62,961 nt of DNA, filler included, from Dugesia japonica (GCA_001938525.1; 6 parts of 6 records of this genome joined end to end with filler, not necessarily neighbours in it), one strand, 5' to 3'. Counted from the first letter of the whole stretch, positions 12,974-24,307 are shown. Numbers and translations are program-made. Notes: generated from the letters alone by a model not told the origin.

Positions 12974-13119
12974 ATTTTAAGCATTAATAAACTTTAGTCT
13001 CCATACTTTGTTAATTTTGAATAAGGGAAAATAAGGAACCTGAAGTAAAGGTGCACGAGTGAGAACCTCCCGTAAAGGTCGAAGGTCAACCGCTCTGTAC
13101 CGAAAATCTTACTTAGGGG

Positions 13120-13219
13120 NNNNNNNNNNNNNNNNNNNNNNNNNNNNNNNNNNNNNNNNNNNNTTAATTAATTAANNNNNNNNNNNNNNNNNNNNNNNNN
13201 NNNNNNNNNNNNNNNNNNN
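13120..13219. other. Artificial contig-joining linker
   Basis: N44-TTAATTAATTAA-N44 (stops in six frames). Confidence 0.97.
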
Positions 13220-13769
13220 AAAACTGTGTAAATTTCTTAATTTTTATGCAAGTAAATAATTTTGATGAAACAATTTTTTATTTAAAATTTTTCACCAGCA
13301 AGATCGAAATTGCTGTTCTTATATTTTATAAATTGTTCAATATTTCGGTCATGCTTTCTTCACGAATCATTTTTCAATAAATTTTGTTAAAATTTTTCAA
13401 ATGCAAACACAATTTTCAGAAATCTTATTTTTATTAGTTAGTAATTATAACATTAAATTTATTGAACCTATTCTTTGTTGTTTCTTACATGCAAGTTTAT
13501 TATTTTTTTCCATTTTCTATTTACATTTGAAGTTTCTTGCCAAAGCTTTTTGATAGTTTTTTAAACTCGCTAAACTTTTTCTTTACCTATTTCTTCTATA
13601 TTTGCAACCTCTTTGATTGCATCTTCGTCACTGAATTCTTCTTTGTTTATTTCTTGCTCTTTACAGTTTGTTTAATTCTTGCTCTTTTTAACCTTTCCTT
13701 TTAGAATAATTCTCGATTTTTGAACCGTTATTCACCTTATTAACTAAAGCTTTTTTTAAATTCAGACAT

Positions 13770-14407
13770 TTTATAATCAAATTATTTCGCCAATTGTTTA
13801 TATACTGTGATCCCATTTTAATGGAAAATATCAGTTCGTACCCTAAATTCATATGGACATTGTTGTCTAGAGTAAAAATAATACACCCTTGATAATTTTT
13901 TGTTGCATCCTTGAATGAATCCATAAGAAATTTTATATTATTAGGATAATTATGTCTTGTTTGAAAATTAACAATTGTTTTACCCTATAAAATTTTAAAT
14001 AGAACTAAGTATTGTACATTTAAATTTTGTGTTCTATGGCCTCCTTGATGATATAGATTTTGAGTAATGAATATCACAGTCACATTACAAGAAATTGATA
14101 TCTTTGTGAATAAATTGTTTAAGTCCTTTACTTAGTTTGCATCCTGATACAGATAATCAACAATCACATCACATTTACTTAATTTCATTCTCCAATTACC
14201 ATCAAAACCATTTATAACTGTCATTTTTATATTATAAAATTCTAATTGTGTCAATCCAAACTCTTTATATGCATCTCTATTGCAATATATTTTGTTGAAT
14301 TTCGATTTAAGTAAATTTGATTTCAAAAATTTGCATATAAACAGAAATTTTACTTTACCACTAAAACCGAAAATTTAATATATAGCATCATTTCTTAATT
14401 TTTCCAT
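13770..14407 (-). pseudogene. Polinton/Maverick A32-like packaging ATPase, decayed
   Basis: Degenerate Walker A (IFGFSGK), Walker B (CDVIVDYL) and LFTKISISCNVTVIFITQNLYHQGGHRTQNLNVQYLVLFK, typical of Polinton ATPases; contains stops. Confidence 0.8.
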
Positions 14408-14438
14408 TTTTAAAATCGATAGTTTATATTATTATTTT

Positions 14439-14510
14439 ATATTAGTTTATATTATTAGTTTATATTATTAGTTTATATTATTAGTTTATATTATTAGTTT
14501 ATGTTAGTTT
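14439..14510. repeat. 13-bp tandem repeat (ATATTATTAGTTT)n
   Basis: About 5 copies visible. Confidence 0.85.
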
Positions 14511-15159
14511 GTACTATTACCTTGTTTATATTATTTAGACACAATATTTACAACAAAACACATAAATATTTGAAAGCTATTAATAATGATTACCAATATC
14601 ATTTACAAAGGAAAGGTATCACAAGAAATAGTAGGCAAAGAAAGTTTTTAATTGATAAACCGTCACAAATCGTTAATAAAAGTAGAAAGTATACAATTAT
14701 TCTTTTAAATCAAGAAATTTTAGAATCATAGGTTTCAAGAAACAAAACGAAATGAACCATTTACAGTATAAGGATTAAAAAGACATTTGTTTTTTGTATG
14801 ACATCGAGTACAGCACTTGAATTTAGCATATTATGTGCATTTTCAATTCGTTTTTCGTTTAAATCATGATATACCTTCGCAATATTTTTGATAATCGAAT
14901 TATCACAAGAAACAAATAGCTCTCATGATATACAGATCTCACAAACGAAAGTTATATTCATTTAGTAATTATTAATATCAACCTTTATTATTTCTTTGTT
15001 AAGACATTGTTGAATAATTAAGATAATTTTATTTAGAAAAATCAATAAATATACTTGTTATTATTACTTAATTTACTTAATCTGCTTAATCTTTATTATG
15101 ATAACTGTCATTTTGAAATAATCTTTCTATTGAACATCTCTCTTATGAAGTCATAACTA

Positions 15160-15252
15160 TTTAAAATAAAAGCTTCGATCAAAATTTGGTTTTTCTTGGT
15201 TTTTTGAGATTAATTTGATATTTCGACTTAGTTTTCGTCAGGAATTGACTTT
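15160..15252 (-). ncRNA. Penelope pLTR fragment with hammerhead motif
   Basis: Minus strand reads AAGTCAATTC-CTGACGA-AAACTAAGTC-GAAA-TATC-AAATT. Confidence 0.6.
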
Positions 15253-15754
15253 TTAATTTATTCAAGATTTATGTTTATAATGGTAACATTTTTTGAATAA
15301 ATTTTTGTAATTAATTTTAATTGGTTAATTTTAATTCTTATTTACATTTAATTATTTAATTTAATTATTGTAAATTATTTATTTTAGGATAGTCTTCTTT
15401 GATTAGTATTTCTTCATGTTTTTTACCTATGTAATGTAGAAATGTAGCCTGTTCCTAGTGTTTTCCATGTTATGTGATGTTGTTCTTTGTTTGTATTAAA
15501 AGTGTTTGAAGACTTTGCCTTCTTTCAGAACCCTCCGGAACAAGAATTAAGGACTATGTAACACAAAAAGAAAGCGAAGTCTTAGGCTTATACAAGTCTC
15601 ATAGTACCAACCGCTACTGAAGTTAGCCAACTAATTCGTCACCGAGATTATTTAATGCGCCTCTACAAGCGACATGCAAGTCACGAAGGCAATGAACGGT
15701 ATCGCCTTCAGCTGGTCAAGACGACAAATTTTTACTGGTTGTTCCAAACCTAAG

Positions 15755-16400
15755 CAATTTGCAAATAGGTTATTAGAGTAAATCACATAAGGTAATTACG
15801 TTTCATAGGAAAATCATAAAAGGTTATTACGTTTCAGAAAGCAAATTATATAAAGATAATTACAGTTCATAAGCAAGTTGCGAATGAGTATTGTATTTTA
15901 AGAGTAAATTACAAAAGGTAATTGCATTTCAGAATGCAAATTATACAAAAGGTTTTACAATTCATAAGCAAATTGCGAATAAGTATTGTATTTCAAGAGT
16001 AAGTCATAAAAGGTTATTACGTTTCATAAGAAAATCACAAAAGGTTATCACGTTTTAGAAAGCAAATTATACAAGGTTATTACACTTCATAAGCAAATTA
16101 AAAAAGGTTATTACGTTTCAAAAACAAATTAAAAAAAGGTTATTACATTTCATAAGTAAATTGCAAATAAGTTATTGTATCTTAAGTATGAATTACAAAA
16201 GTTTATTACTTCTCATAAGCATATTACATAAGTAAATTACAGCTGAGTGATTGCATCTCATAAGCCAATTACAAATAGGATATAATCAGTTATTAAATCA
16301 AATTGAAATCCATCATTAAATCAAGTTATAAAATCAGTTATTAAATCAAGGTACAAAATCGATCATTAAATCGAAGTATTAAATTAGTCAATAACTGCAA
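15755..16400 (+). repeat. ~30-bp tandem array in the 3' internal region of an LTR retrotransposon
   Basis: Repeated AAAGGTTATTACGTTTCATAAGCAAATTAC-like units ending ~200 bp upstream of the PPT at 16599. Confidence 0.8.
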
Positions 16401-16614
16401 ATAGATACGAAGGACATCATAGCGGTAAAATGCGACTTTAAAATGAATCCCTAGAAAATTTAGGACAAACAATCTTGAGGATTCTGTCAAGTGGGCTGGA
16501 GATCGATCGGAGCTAGAAAGCACAATGAATGACCACAAAGAAGCCGAGATACATAATCAAATCGCCACGAGTGTTAAATTCCGAGACGGAATTTTTTCGG
16601 AAGGGAGTGTATTT

Positions 16615-18537
16615 TGTTTGGGTTAAACACCTGGTATAGAAAATAAAAACAGTGATAGATAAATCCGAAATTCAAAAGAATATCACAAGAAAATAAAACG
16701 AAGAGTCCAGACAGAGGAAGGACACAGTTCAGTTAAAAGAAAGAAATAATTAAAGAGAAAACCATATTATGGAGCTAAAAATTACGAAATAACCAGGAAG
16801 ATCTAGAATTACAGCAAGAAACAACTCAGAAATAAGAAAGCCGAAGAAGAAAAGAAGTAATAAAAGCTATTAGCAGGACAGAGAAAATAAATTAAATGAA
16901 TAAATTAACGAAAGAAAACGACTAAATTGAATTAATTTTAGATCAGAAACGAAAATGAAACATCTAATTAACAATCAAGAAGAAAATCAAATAAATAATT
17001 TATTTATTTAAATAAAATAAATCATACAAATTAAAATAATTTATTTTAAAAAAAGAAAATTAAATTTATACGAAATATGAGAAAATAAAGACTTCCTATT
17101 GGGACAAAATTAGCAATTATAAAAATAATAGTCAAAAAAACATCTGGGATTTCGAAAATCTCAGTTAAAAAATCATAGCAAGACCAAGAAAGAAGATATA
17201 AGGGTCTGAAGACTGGCCAATTGAACTCCAATAATTTCGGAATTTCAAATTTTTTACCAATAAGAAAAGTCAGGTGACAAAACCTGATTAAATTAACCAA
17301 TAAAAACGTAAAAATGCAATTCAACAAGGAAATGAACGAGAGTGTATAAGAAAACCGATATAAATACCGATGGAATTTTCAGCAAAAAATCAATCAAAAA
17401 ATTTAGTTAAAACCAATCGAATTAGTAGAAGACTACGAAGTAATGAATGGATTTTTAACTCATGCAACGGTTTTCGACTTACAGGATCACAGAAGTATTA
17501 AGACCCAAAATAATCGATATCGTTAGGTAGATGAGAATCCTAAATTAATGATTAAGTGGAATACGTCAAGTTAATACAATCGGTGGTCATGATAAGTCAA
17601 ATGATTCCTGGATGCTTGCTCCAGATCGAGATGCAGTTCATGTTAGTTTTTTTGTTTGATTGATGCAATTGTTGATTTAATGTGTAAGTGGTAGTATTAT
17701 CAATGATAATATAATTTTCAATAACCGGATTTCCTTTTTTGTAATAATTAGGTGAATTTTTACCAGTAATTAAAGTTCAAATTAAATCATCATTTATTAA
17801 TTGAGTAATAAGCAAAATACTCAATTAAAATCGTTCATACTAGGAACATCTACTACCGTACTATGGTTCTTCGTTCATGATAGATTAAAATATAGATTTT
17901 ACACTAAAATAATTTCTCTTTTTCTAGGAAGCAGTAATCAATACCTATCATGGAGTACCTTTTGAATGAAAATAGTAATGAAATTCGACTCGAACTGGTG
18001 ATGCTAATTGTTAATAATAGACTTAATGCCAACTCGTGTTGATATAGTTTCAGGATTATTTTTAATATTCAATTAAATTACAATGAGGTATATTGATGAT
18101 TTCACCTTTATAAAATCAGAGCGTTGGGTTAGTAATAAGCTCACACTACTCAATATCATCGCCAATAACTTTTAAAGTTAATTATAATAGCCATAACTTT
18201 AAATACTTGACAACGTGCTAAAACATCATTCACCATAACGAGTACAGATATGAGGGTAACAGTGGTTAGATCTAGATATATAATGCAATAAACTGACACC
18301 ATTGACCAATAGACAATAAAGATGAAGAGTGTCCATAATTTAAAACGAGTATCACGAGAAGGAATCCGAACCAAAGAAATGCGATTCTGTACTCGAACCA
18401 CGGGTTACGAGTCAACGGCTCAATTCCAAGGATCTTGATTTTTGGGGACATCAGATTAAATTCTTCGCGGGGTTATTCTAAGTCATACCACTCTAGACAT
18501 AATTTAAATTGAAAACACCCTAGATAAAACCCAAACA
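16615..18537 (+). mobile_element. Complete 1.9-kb 3' LTR of a Gypsy-type retrotransposon (related, cassette-less subfamily)
   Basis: TGTTTGGGTT...AACCCAAACA perfect 10-bp terminal inverted repeat with TG..CA ends; polypurine tract GGAAGGGAG at 16599-16607; TATAAATA at 17359. Confidence 0.8.
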
Positions 18538-18539
18538 CT

Positions 18540-19180
18540 TCTATTGCACAATAAGTAGGATTCATATCATCTAAGGCTCCACTTGACTCTTTGTTTGACA
18601 TGTACTGTCCATCAATTTCAAAAATCGAGTTTCAAAAAAGAACTTGTTCAAAATGCAAAATACTTCACAGTCAAATTTGAAACGTCATCGACACATTCAT
18701 GAAGATGAATATGTTATTGTCACATCTGCTACCGAAAAAATGGATATGACAAGATTATGATAAGCAGGACAGAGAGATTTCAGTTATTTGAAACTTGTTT
18801 GAGTGGTTATAGAATGCATTCGAGAACGCTGAAAATTAAATCAATATTAACCGAAATGCTACTGACTTTTAGTTAATTTTNCCATAGTGATAGANTTTAG
18901 TTCTGTTTTAGATTTAGTTTATCTTTCTGAACAATATAATTTAAAATTCTTCGGGTTTCATTTATTTTAATTACTATTTTTTGGTTTTATTTTGCTATGA
19001 AAGTGAATTTAATAAGTATTATTGAACTAAAAAATTCCAAGTTTATACATTATCATGTTTATAACGGGAAAAGGCCGCCGTGCGTATGTACGCATAGCTA
19101 TGTATGTACGCGGTGCAACAAGAGGATGAAGGGGTTTCAAAATCTGGAACTAATTACGTACATAGTATGTGGATAACTCT
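18540..19180 (+). mobile_element. Zator-like DNA transposon 3' remnant
   Basis: FDMYCPSISKIEFQKRTCSKCK...LKRHRHIH C-terminal zinc finger. The end TACGTACATAGTATGTGGATAACTCT resembles a Zator TIR. Confidence 0.5.
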
Positions 19181-19704
19181 TTACGTGAACTCACATGTTA
19201 AGACAGTGGCAAACAGGAAATCCTCATCAGTTTGTAAAGTCACTTCTACACCATGTGAATAATGGTGTATAGGTGGCTATTTATNNNNNNNNNNNNNNNN
19301 NNNNNNNNNNNNNNNNNNNNNNNNNNNNNNNNNNTTCTACACCATGTGAATAATGGTGTATAGGTGGCTATTTATCGCAGCCGTATTATTCGTCTAATAT
19401 TTATTGAAAGACCACCAAACAAAAGATATTTTTTATGCCCAATTATCATACAACCATTTTATTGATATATTTGTATAGAGAACTTTAACAAATATTTAAT
19501 GATGGATACTATGACTCATATCTTCATATTGTTAATACTCTTAAATATTGGGATTGCATGAAAACTAAAATTTTTAGGAAGGTATTTTAAATACGGCCGC
19601 TTTAAAAGTTAAATTTCAAGCTATTTTGAATCAATAAATTACAAACTACAATAAAACCGTAATTTTTAAAATATTTTTTTAGTTGTTAGTAATTCTAATT
19701 TTTA

Positions 19705-21480
19705 ACTATTGTGTTCTTCAGGAATTGACTTTGTAAAATTAATATTAGCTTAAAATTTTAAGTAATTACAATTATTACAATTGTTTTTACAATTATAATT
19801 ACCATTTGCTTTTACTCAAACTTTATGATTATTATTTTATCTATGGACATCTTTGTGTTCATAGTGACTTATATTGTATAATACAGAATATAATTAAAAG
19901 AATCTTATTTCCAATAATGATCTAAAGCTGATTAAAAATAAACTATTCGAAAAGCTTTTAAACCTGCATTTAAAAAAGCGCATAAATTTTTTTGTCGCAA
20001 TTTTCTTTTAAATTTGAACTCATTATTGTTTAAAAGTTATTACAATAAGCAACTCATCTCAAAATACTTAAGTATCGAACTTTTTTCCTAACACTATTAA
20101 AAATGAATTAATTTAACATATCTACATATTATGTTCGATATAAAATGTTAAAATTTATTCAGAATTTTATGACAAATATCATTAACTAACTGCACACATC
20201 TGTTAAAAATTATTTTTACATTCCAATTTTTTTGTTATTTATTTTGCAGAAGTTTTAATTAAAATAAATGTTAACAAATTATAATGAAATACTCAAATTT
20301 ATTTTAATTCAATAATTATTAGGCCTTACAATCAAATATAACAATGAAAAATGTATCTAACAATCAAATAATAATAATAATATATATAGACAAGTATATT
20401 TGCTATAATCCAGATTAACAATAATAACATGGCTGTAACTAAAATTACAATATGGTGTTTTAATTATACAGATAATCTTTAATAAACATCAACCAAAAAA
20501 GGTTCACAGTGCCATCCATACTTTTAAACAGTATGCAATTAATAAAGCCAAAACCGGTTTTATAACGATAAAAAAATTAAAGCAAACTGAAATCAAAATA
20601 TTGTTTCCATGGTGTTATAGATTTCATCAACTCTAGATAAAACTCAACAACAATTGATGAAGAACACGAAGGAAAATCGAAAATGTTGCTTTAATTTATG
20701 CAAAATAACAACGAATTTCGTTTATAGTCAGTAAGTTGTTAAGTTTTAATAACGTCAATATGATCACGATCATTAAGTTTTAAAGAATACATGAATCTAT
20801 TAAATTTACCACGGATTAATCTATAGCTACCACAAAATAATCACTTGGGAAACATAGTAATAATCACAGATATAAGTTTTCAAATAAAAATACAAATAGA
20901 TTCAACGAAATAAAGCTTCACATTAACAAAATAATTAAAATGGGATAGAACACAGTTTTGATAAACATTACGATTATAAACAATAATGATATTACAGATA
21001 CATTTAAAAAAATCATAGTCAAAATAATAATGATAATAAATCCAATTAATTCAATCGTTCTCAAATGGAATAATATCTAAATCTAAAAAATAAAAGCCAA
21101 TTAATAAATTTATAGTAAAATTTAAGTTGTATATACATCCAAAACATTCGATTTTTCCATTAACCAGATGAAAAATTATTTTAATAGAAATTGTGTAAAA
21201 TAGTGAGATTAAAAAAAGAAATAATATAATTAAGAATATTGGCTGTATTTAATTTAAACACAATTCCTTCAATATTTAAAAAACATTTTAGTGTTTAAAC
21301 TAAAGTTCAAATAACCTAGATGAGTAAAACTATAAATAATCAAAAAGAACAAAGAAAATCTTCTTAACTAATGATAACAGTTATTGGCTTTTTAAAGGTT
21401 CATTTTCTTCTTAACCCATATATAAACCTACCGCTCTTTTAAAAGGACATCTAAAATTCGCGACATATTAATTAGTAAAA
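19705..21480 (-). mobile_element. Highly decayed Penelope-like retroelement
   Basis: Minus-strand vestiges of RT/thumb (RYKTG..INCILF) ending in a partial pLTR/hammerhead AAAGTCAATTCCTGAAGAA at ~19732-19714. Confidence 0.4.
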
Positions 21481-21495
21481 GCAATTAATGAGACA

Positions 21496-21595
21496 NNNNN
21501 NNNNNNNNNNNNNNNNNNNNNNNNNNNNNNNNNNNNNNNTTAATTAATTAANNNNNNNNNNNNNNNNNNNNNNNNNNNNNNNNNNNNNNNNNNNN
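21496..21595. other. Artificial contig-joining linker
   Basis: N44-TTAATTAATTAA-N44. Confidence 0.97.
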
Positions 21596-21755
21596 TACAT
21601 CAATTGAAAATATAACTTTAAATATATTTAAATAAATTTATTAATTTTTATCAATCAAAGTAAAGTAATAAATGTATTAGATTTTTTCAATCAATACTTG
21701 TGGCCCTAATGAGGGCCGTTATACATTCACATAATAATAATCAACATAATTGTAA

Positions 21756-22888
21756 TCAACTAAAATTTTGTGAGAAATGTTCTTGCATTGAATAATTTAA
21801 TTTTGATATTATTGCGTTCCGATGATTTTCATTTGTTGCATCTTCATAATACAATCTTTCATTATCGAAAATATGGAAGTGGCATCTTCTTCTAATTGCA
21901 GATTTCTGGGCCTCATTCGAATTTTCATTAATAATTTTTTTAACTATATTGGAACATATAATAATCTTTGTTTGGGTGGTTATTACCCGTTCTATATTTG
22001 AAATTTATCGAAATGTCATAGTTTATTAATTTATTAACTTCTCTGCGGTCCATTGATGCAACGGTAAGTCATCAATTACGCAACCGTCGTATTGATATTT
22101 TGTCGGACCTAATTTGCCGAAGTCCTGGCGAATAGTTATATGAATTGCATTGTCAAATAGGCTTAGTTCAAAATTTGTTTTACCTATTCCTAAAAAGATG
22201 AAATTTATAATATTTTATAATTAGATATTTCAAAAACATTACCAGTTCCAACTATAAAGATTTTCGTCCTGTTATCTTCCTAATTAAAGAATGGGATTCT
22301 CCATTTTTTGTTGAAATTGGCTTTCGTCACTGCCTCTAATCTAAAAATCAAAACACTCTGTAATTTAGAGTAAATCTTGATATAATCAAGTGATCGTTAT
22401 TTTTCTACCATTAAAAGCCCTGCTTCAACACTTTCACTTTCCAGAAAATGGGTCCAAAATGTTTCATCTTCAACTTTTTTGCGATATCCAAATTGAATTT
22501 TTAGTCAATTTGTAACCGCATTTTGAAAATGGCCGCATTGGTTCAAATATTTATAGACATTTTCGTAATCAATACATGTAATTATACACATAAAAAATAT
22601 ATATATGTCTAAGAAAATATTACCTTTTATTTCGATTATACCTAATAATGACAATGCCGCTTGAAAAGTCATATTATGCTTGAATGTAATGAAACATTCA
22701 AATATGGTACCACCGGTTACATCAACGTCTTGTCCAATAAAGAATTTGGATTTATCTTTTTTTAATATAACAAATTGCTTTCTGATTTCTTTGAAGTGAC
22801 TGGTGATGATATGGAAGCGGAAATTGCGGTATCTTTTGTTTCCTCCAGTTGGCATATTATCTGTATGTATTTCATTATTGCCTCTCAT
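21756..22888 (-). pseudogene. CRESS-DNA-virus-like Rep (HUH endonuclease + SF3 helicase) with introns 22242-22190 and probably 22623-22576
   Basis: Motif I-like RNFRFHI, degenerate motif II GGTIFECFITFK, Walker A VGTG|IGKT split by a GT-AG intron, Walker B DGCVIDDL, motif C KII.CSN (frameshifted) and Arg finger AIRRR; several in-frame stops. Confidence 0.8.
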
Positions 22889-22894
22889 CAGGTT

Positions 22895-23450
22895 ATTTTT
22901 GTTTTATTGAGAAACTTATAACATTTTATTTCTATTGAGTAACTCAACAAAATAAATAGTTTTGAATTATTATAAACCTAACAAAGGCAAGTAATTTTAC
23001 TTTATGAATAATTTCATGACATCTTAATTTTTATAAATTATAATTTGATTTATTTCAGAAATACATGAATTTAAAATAAATTAAAAAGATATAAATAAAC
23101 AAAAGGTAATTTTCAAAAAATCTTTTTTTATTTTATTGAGTAATATAAATTTGTTTTTTAAATTATTGGAAAACTCAAATTTTTGTTTAATTGAAAAACT
23201 TATAACTTTTTATTTTTATTGAGTAACTCAATAAAATAAATAATTTTTCATTATTATAAAATTATAACTTTTTTAAATTATTGAGTAACTTATATCTTTT
23301 TATTTCTATTGAGTTTTTCAATAAAATAAATAGTTTTGGATTATTATAAACTTTATTATGAATAATTTCATGACATCTTATTTTTTATAAATTATAACTT
23401 AATTAATTTCAGAAATACATGAATTTAAAATAAATTAAAAAGAAATTAAA
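22895..23450. repeat. AT-rich direct-repeat array with hairpin units (TTTTATTGAGT-A-ACTCAATAAAA) upstream of the Rep
   Basis: TATTGAG(T/A)AA units recur about 6 times; 22905-23085 is duplicated at ~23280-23450. Confidence 0.7.
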
Positions 23451-23457
23451 GTATAAA

Positions 23458-23781
23458 ATGAAATAACAACGAAGTATTACATTTTTTACATCATTAAATA
23501 AATCTTCAAAATCGGCGAGAATGCAAATTTTGAAATCATTTCCAACTTTTGTTATGGATGATTTAATTGAAATTATTATTAATATTGTTCGCGGAAATGT
23601 AAATGTGAGCAACTCTAGAAAGGAAGTATTAAAAATACATAAAAGAACGCTATTAACACTTTTAAATACAAAAAATAGGAAATTGATGAAGCGAGTAATA
23701 CGAGATAATCAAGGAGGCGGCTTTATAGCAGCATTACTACCAATTGCATTAGCAACCCTAGGATTAACTCATTTCAAATAA
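23458..23781 (+). pseudogene. Polinton/adintovirus small conserved protein (GG|F maturation-site type)
   Basis: EIIINIVRGNV...LKIHKRTL...NQGGGFIAALLP pattern directly upstream of the integrase; stop at codon 3 from the ATG at 23458, ORF intact from 23521. Confidence 0.7.
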
Positions 23782-23893
23782 AAAAATTATAGTTTTACAT
23801 CAGCAGTACTAATATTATTTCATTTCAAATAAATAAGGAGTGGTTTACAATCATTACCTAATTTTGATTTCAAATTTTTATCTTATTGTTGTA

Positions 23894-24118
23894 ATGGGCA
23901 AGCTGAAGAAGATGTGGACGGACCCAGAAAATCCCGCAGGTTTTCATGGCTTAGAAAAATTGATGAAAGCAGCACAAAAAACAAAAACAAAGACCAAAAA
24001 GTGGTTATCGCGTCAACGAGCGTACAGTCTGAACAAACCAATGTTGAAAAACATTTCCGAAGAGAGCATATATAACGTATGATATTGATGATTTATGGCA
24101 AATGGATTTGATGGAGAT
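23894..24118 (+). pseudogene. Polinton retroviral-like integrase N-terminus (truncated)
   Basis: MWTDPENPAGFHG...KWLSRQRAYSLNKP, then frameshifted FPKRAYITYDIDDLWQMDLMEM (first DDE Asp). Confidence 0.85.
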
Positions 24119-24307
24119 GAGTAATAGAGAAACTACGACTTGCTTGCAGTAACCACTCTTCAAATCCTCCCTTCGGCATAAAAGATTACTCTAATTTTGG
24201 TATATTAATTTGGTGCGGTATTTTAATCCCAAAGGGCCCCATTGTTCTTGCCAGTGGATATTCTATATTAAATTTTCTATCGGCAAGTCGTAGTTTTTCC
24301 ATTACTC
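24119..24307. mobile_element. MITE-like element with ~25-bp TIRs
   Basis: GAGTAATAGAGAAACTACGACTTGC ... GCAAGTCGTAGTTTTTCCATTACTC; no TSD seen. Confidence 0.7.

Larger units (their letters stand above)
8932..13119 (+). mobile_element. Giant (>4.2 kb) LTR, copy A, with internal ORF cassette; truncated by the contig end
   Basis: Starts TGTTGGGGTGAAACA, matching the PPT-preceded LTR start at 16615 and the reverse complement of the copy-B end ACCCCAACA. Colinear homology to 43868-47958. Confidence 0.7.

Noticed and set aside
15755-16400. CRISPR-like array
   Set aside because: Degenerate head-to-tail repeats without unique spacers, eukaryotic context, no cas genes.
19245-19375. 41-bp direct repeat flanking an N run
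   Set aside because: Most likely an unmerged overlap or collapsed tandem repeat in the assembly.
22240-22510. Alternative genetic code explaining the in-frame stops in Rep and pPolB
   Set aside because: All three stop types plus frameshifts occur, and the host genes use the standard code.
23472-23480. AAGTATTAC circovirus-type nonanucleotide near the Rep
   Set aside because: No flanking stem, and it lies within the Polinton small-protein coding frame; expected by chance in AT-rich DNA.
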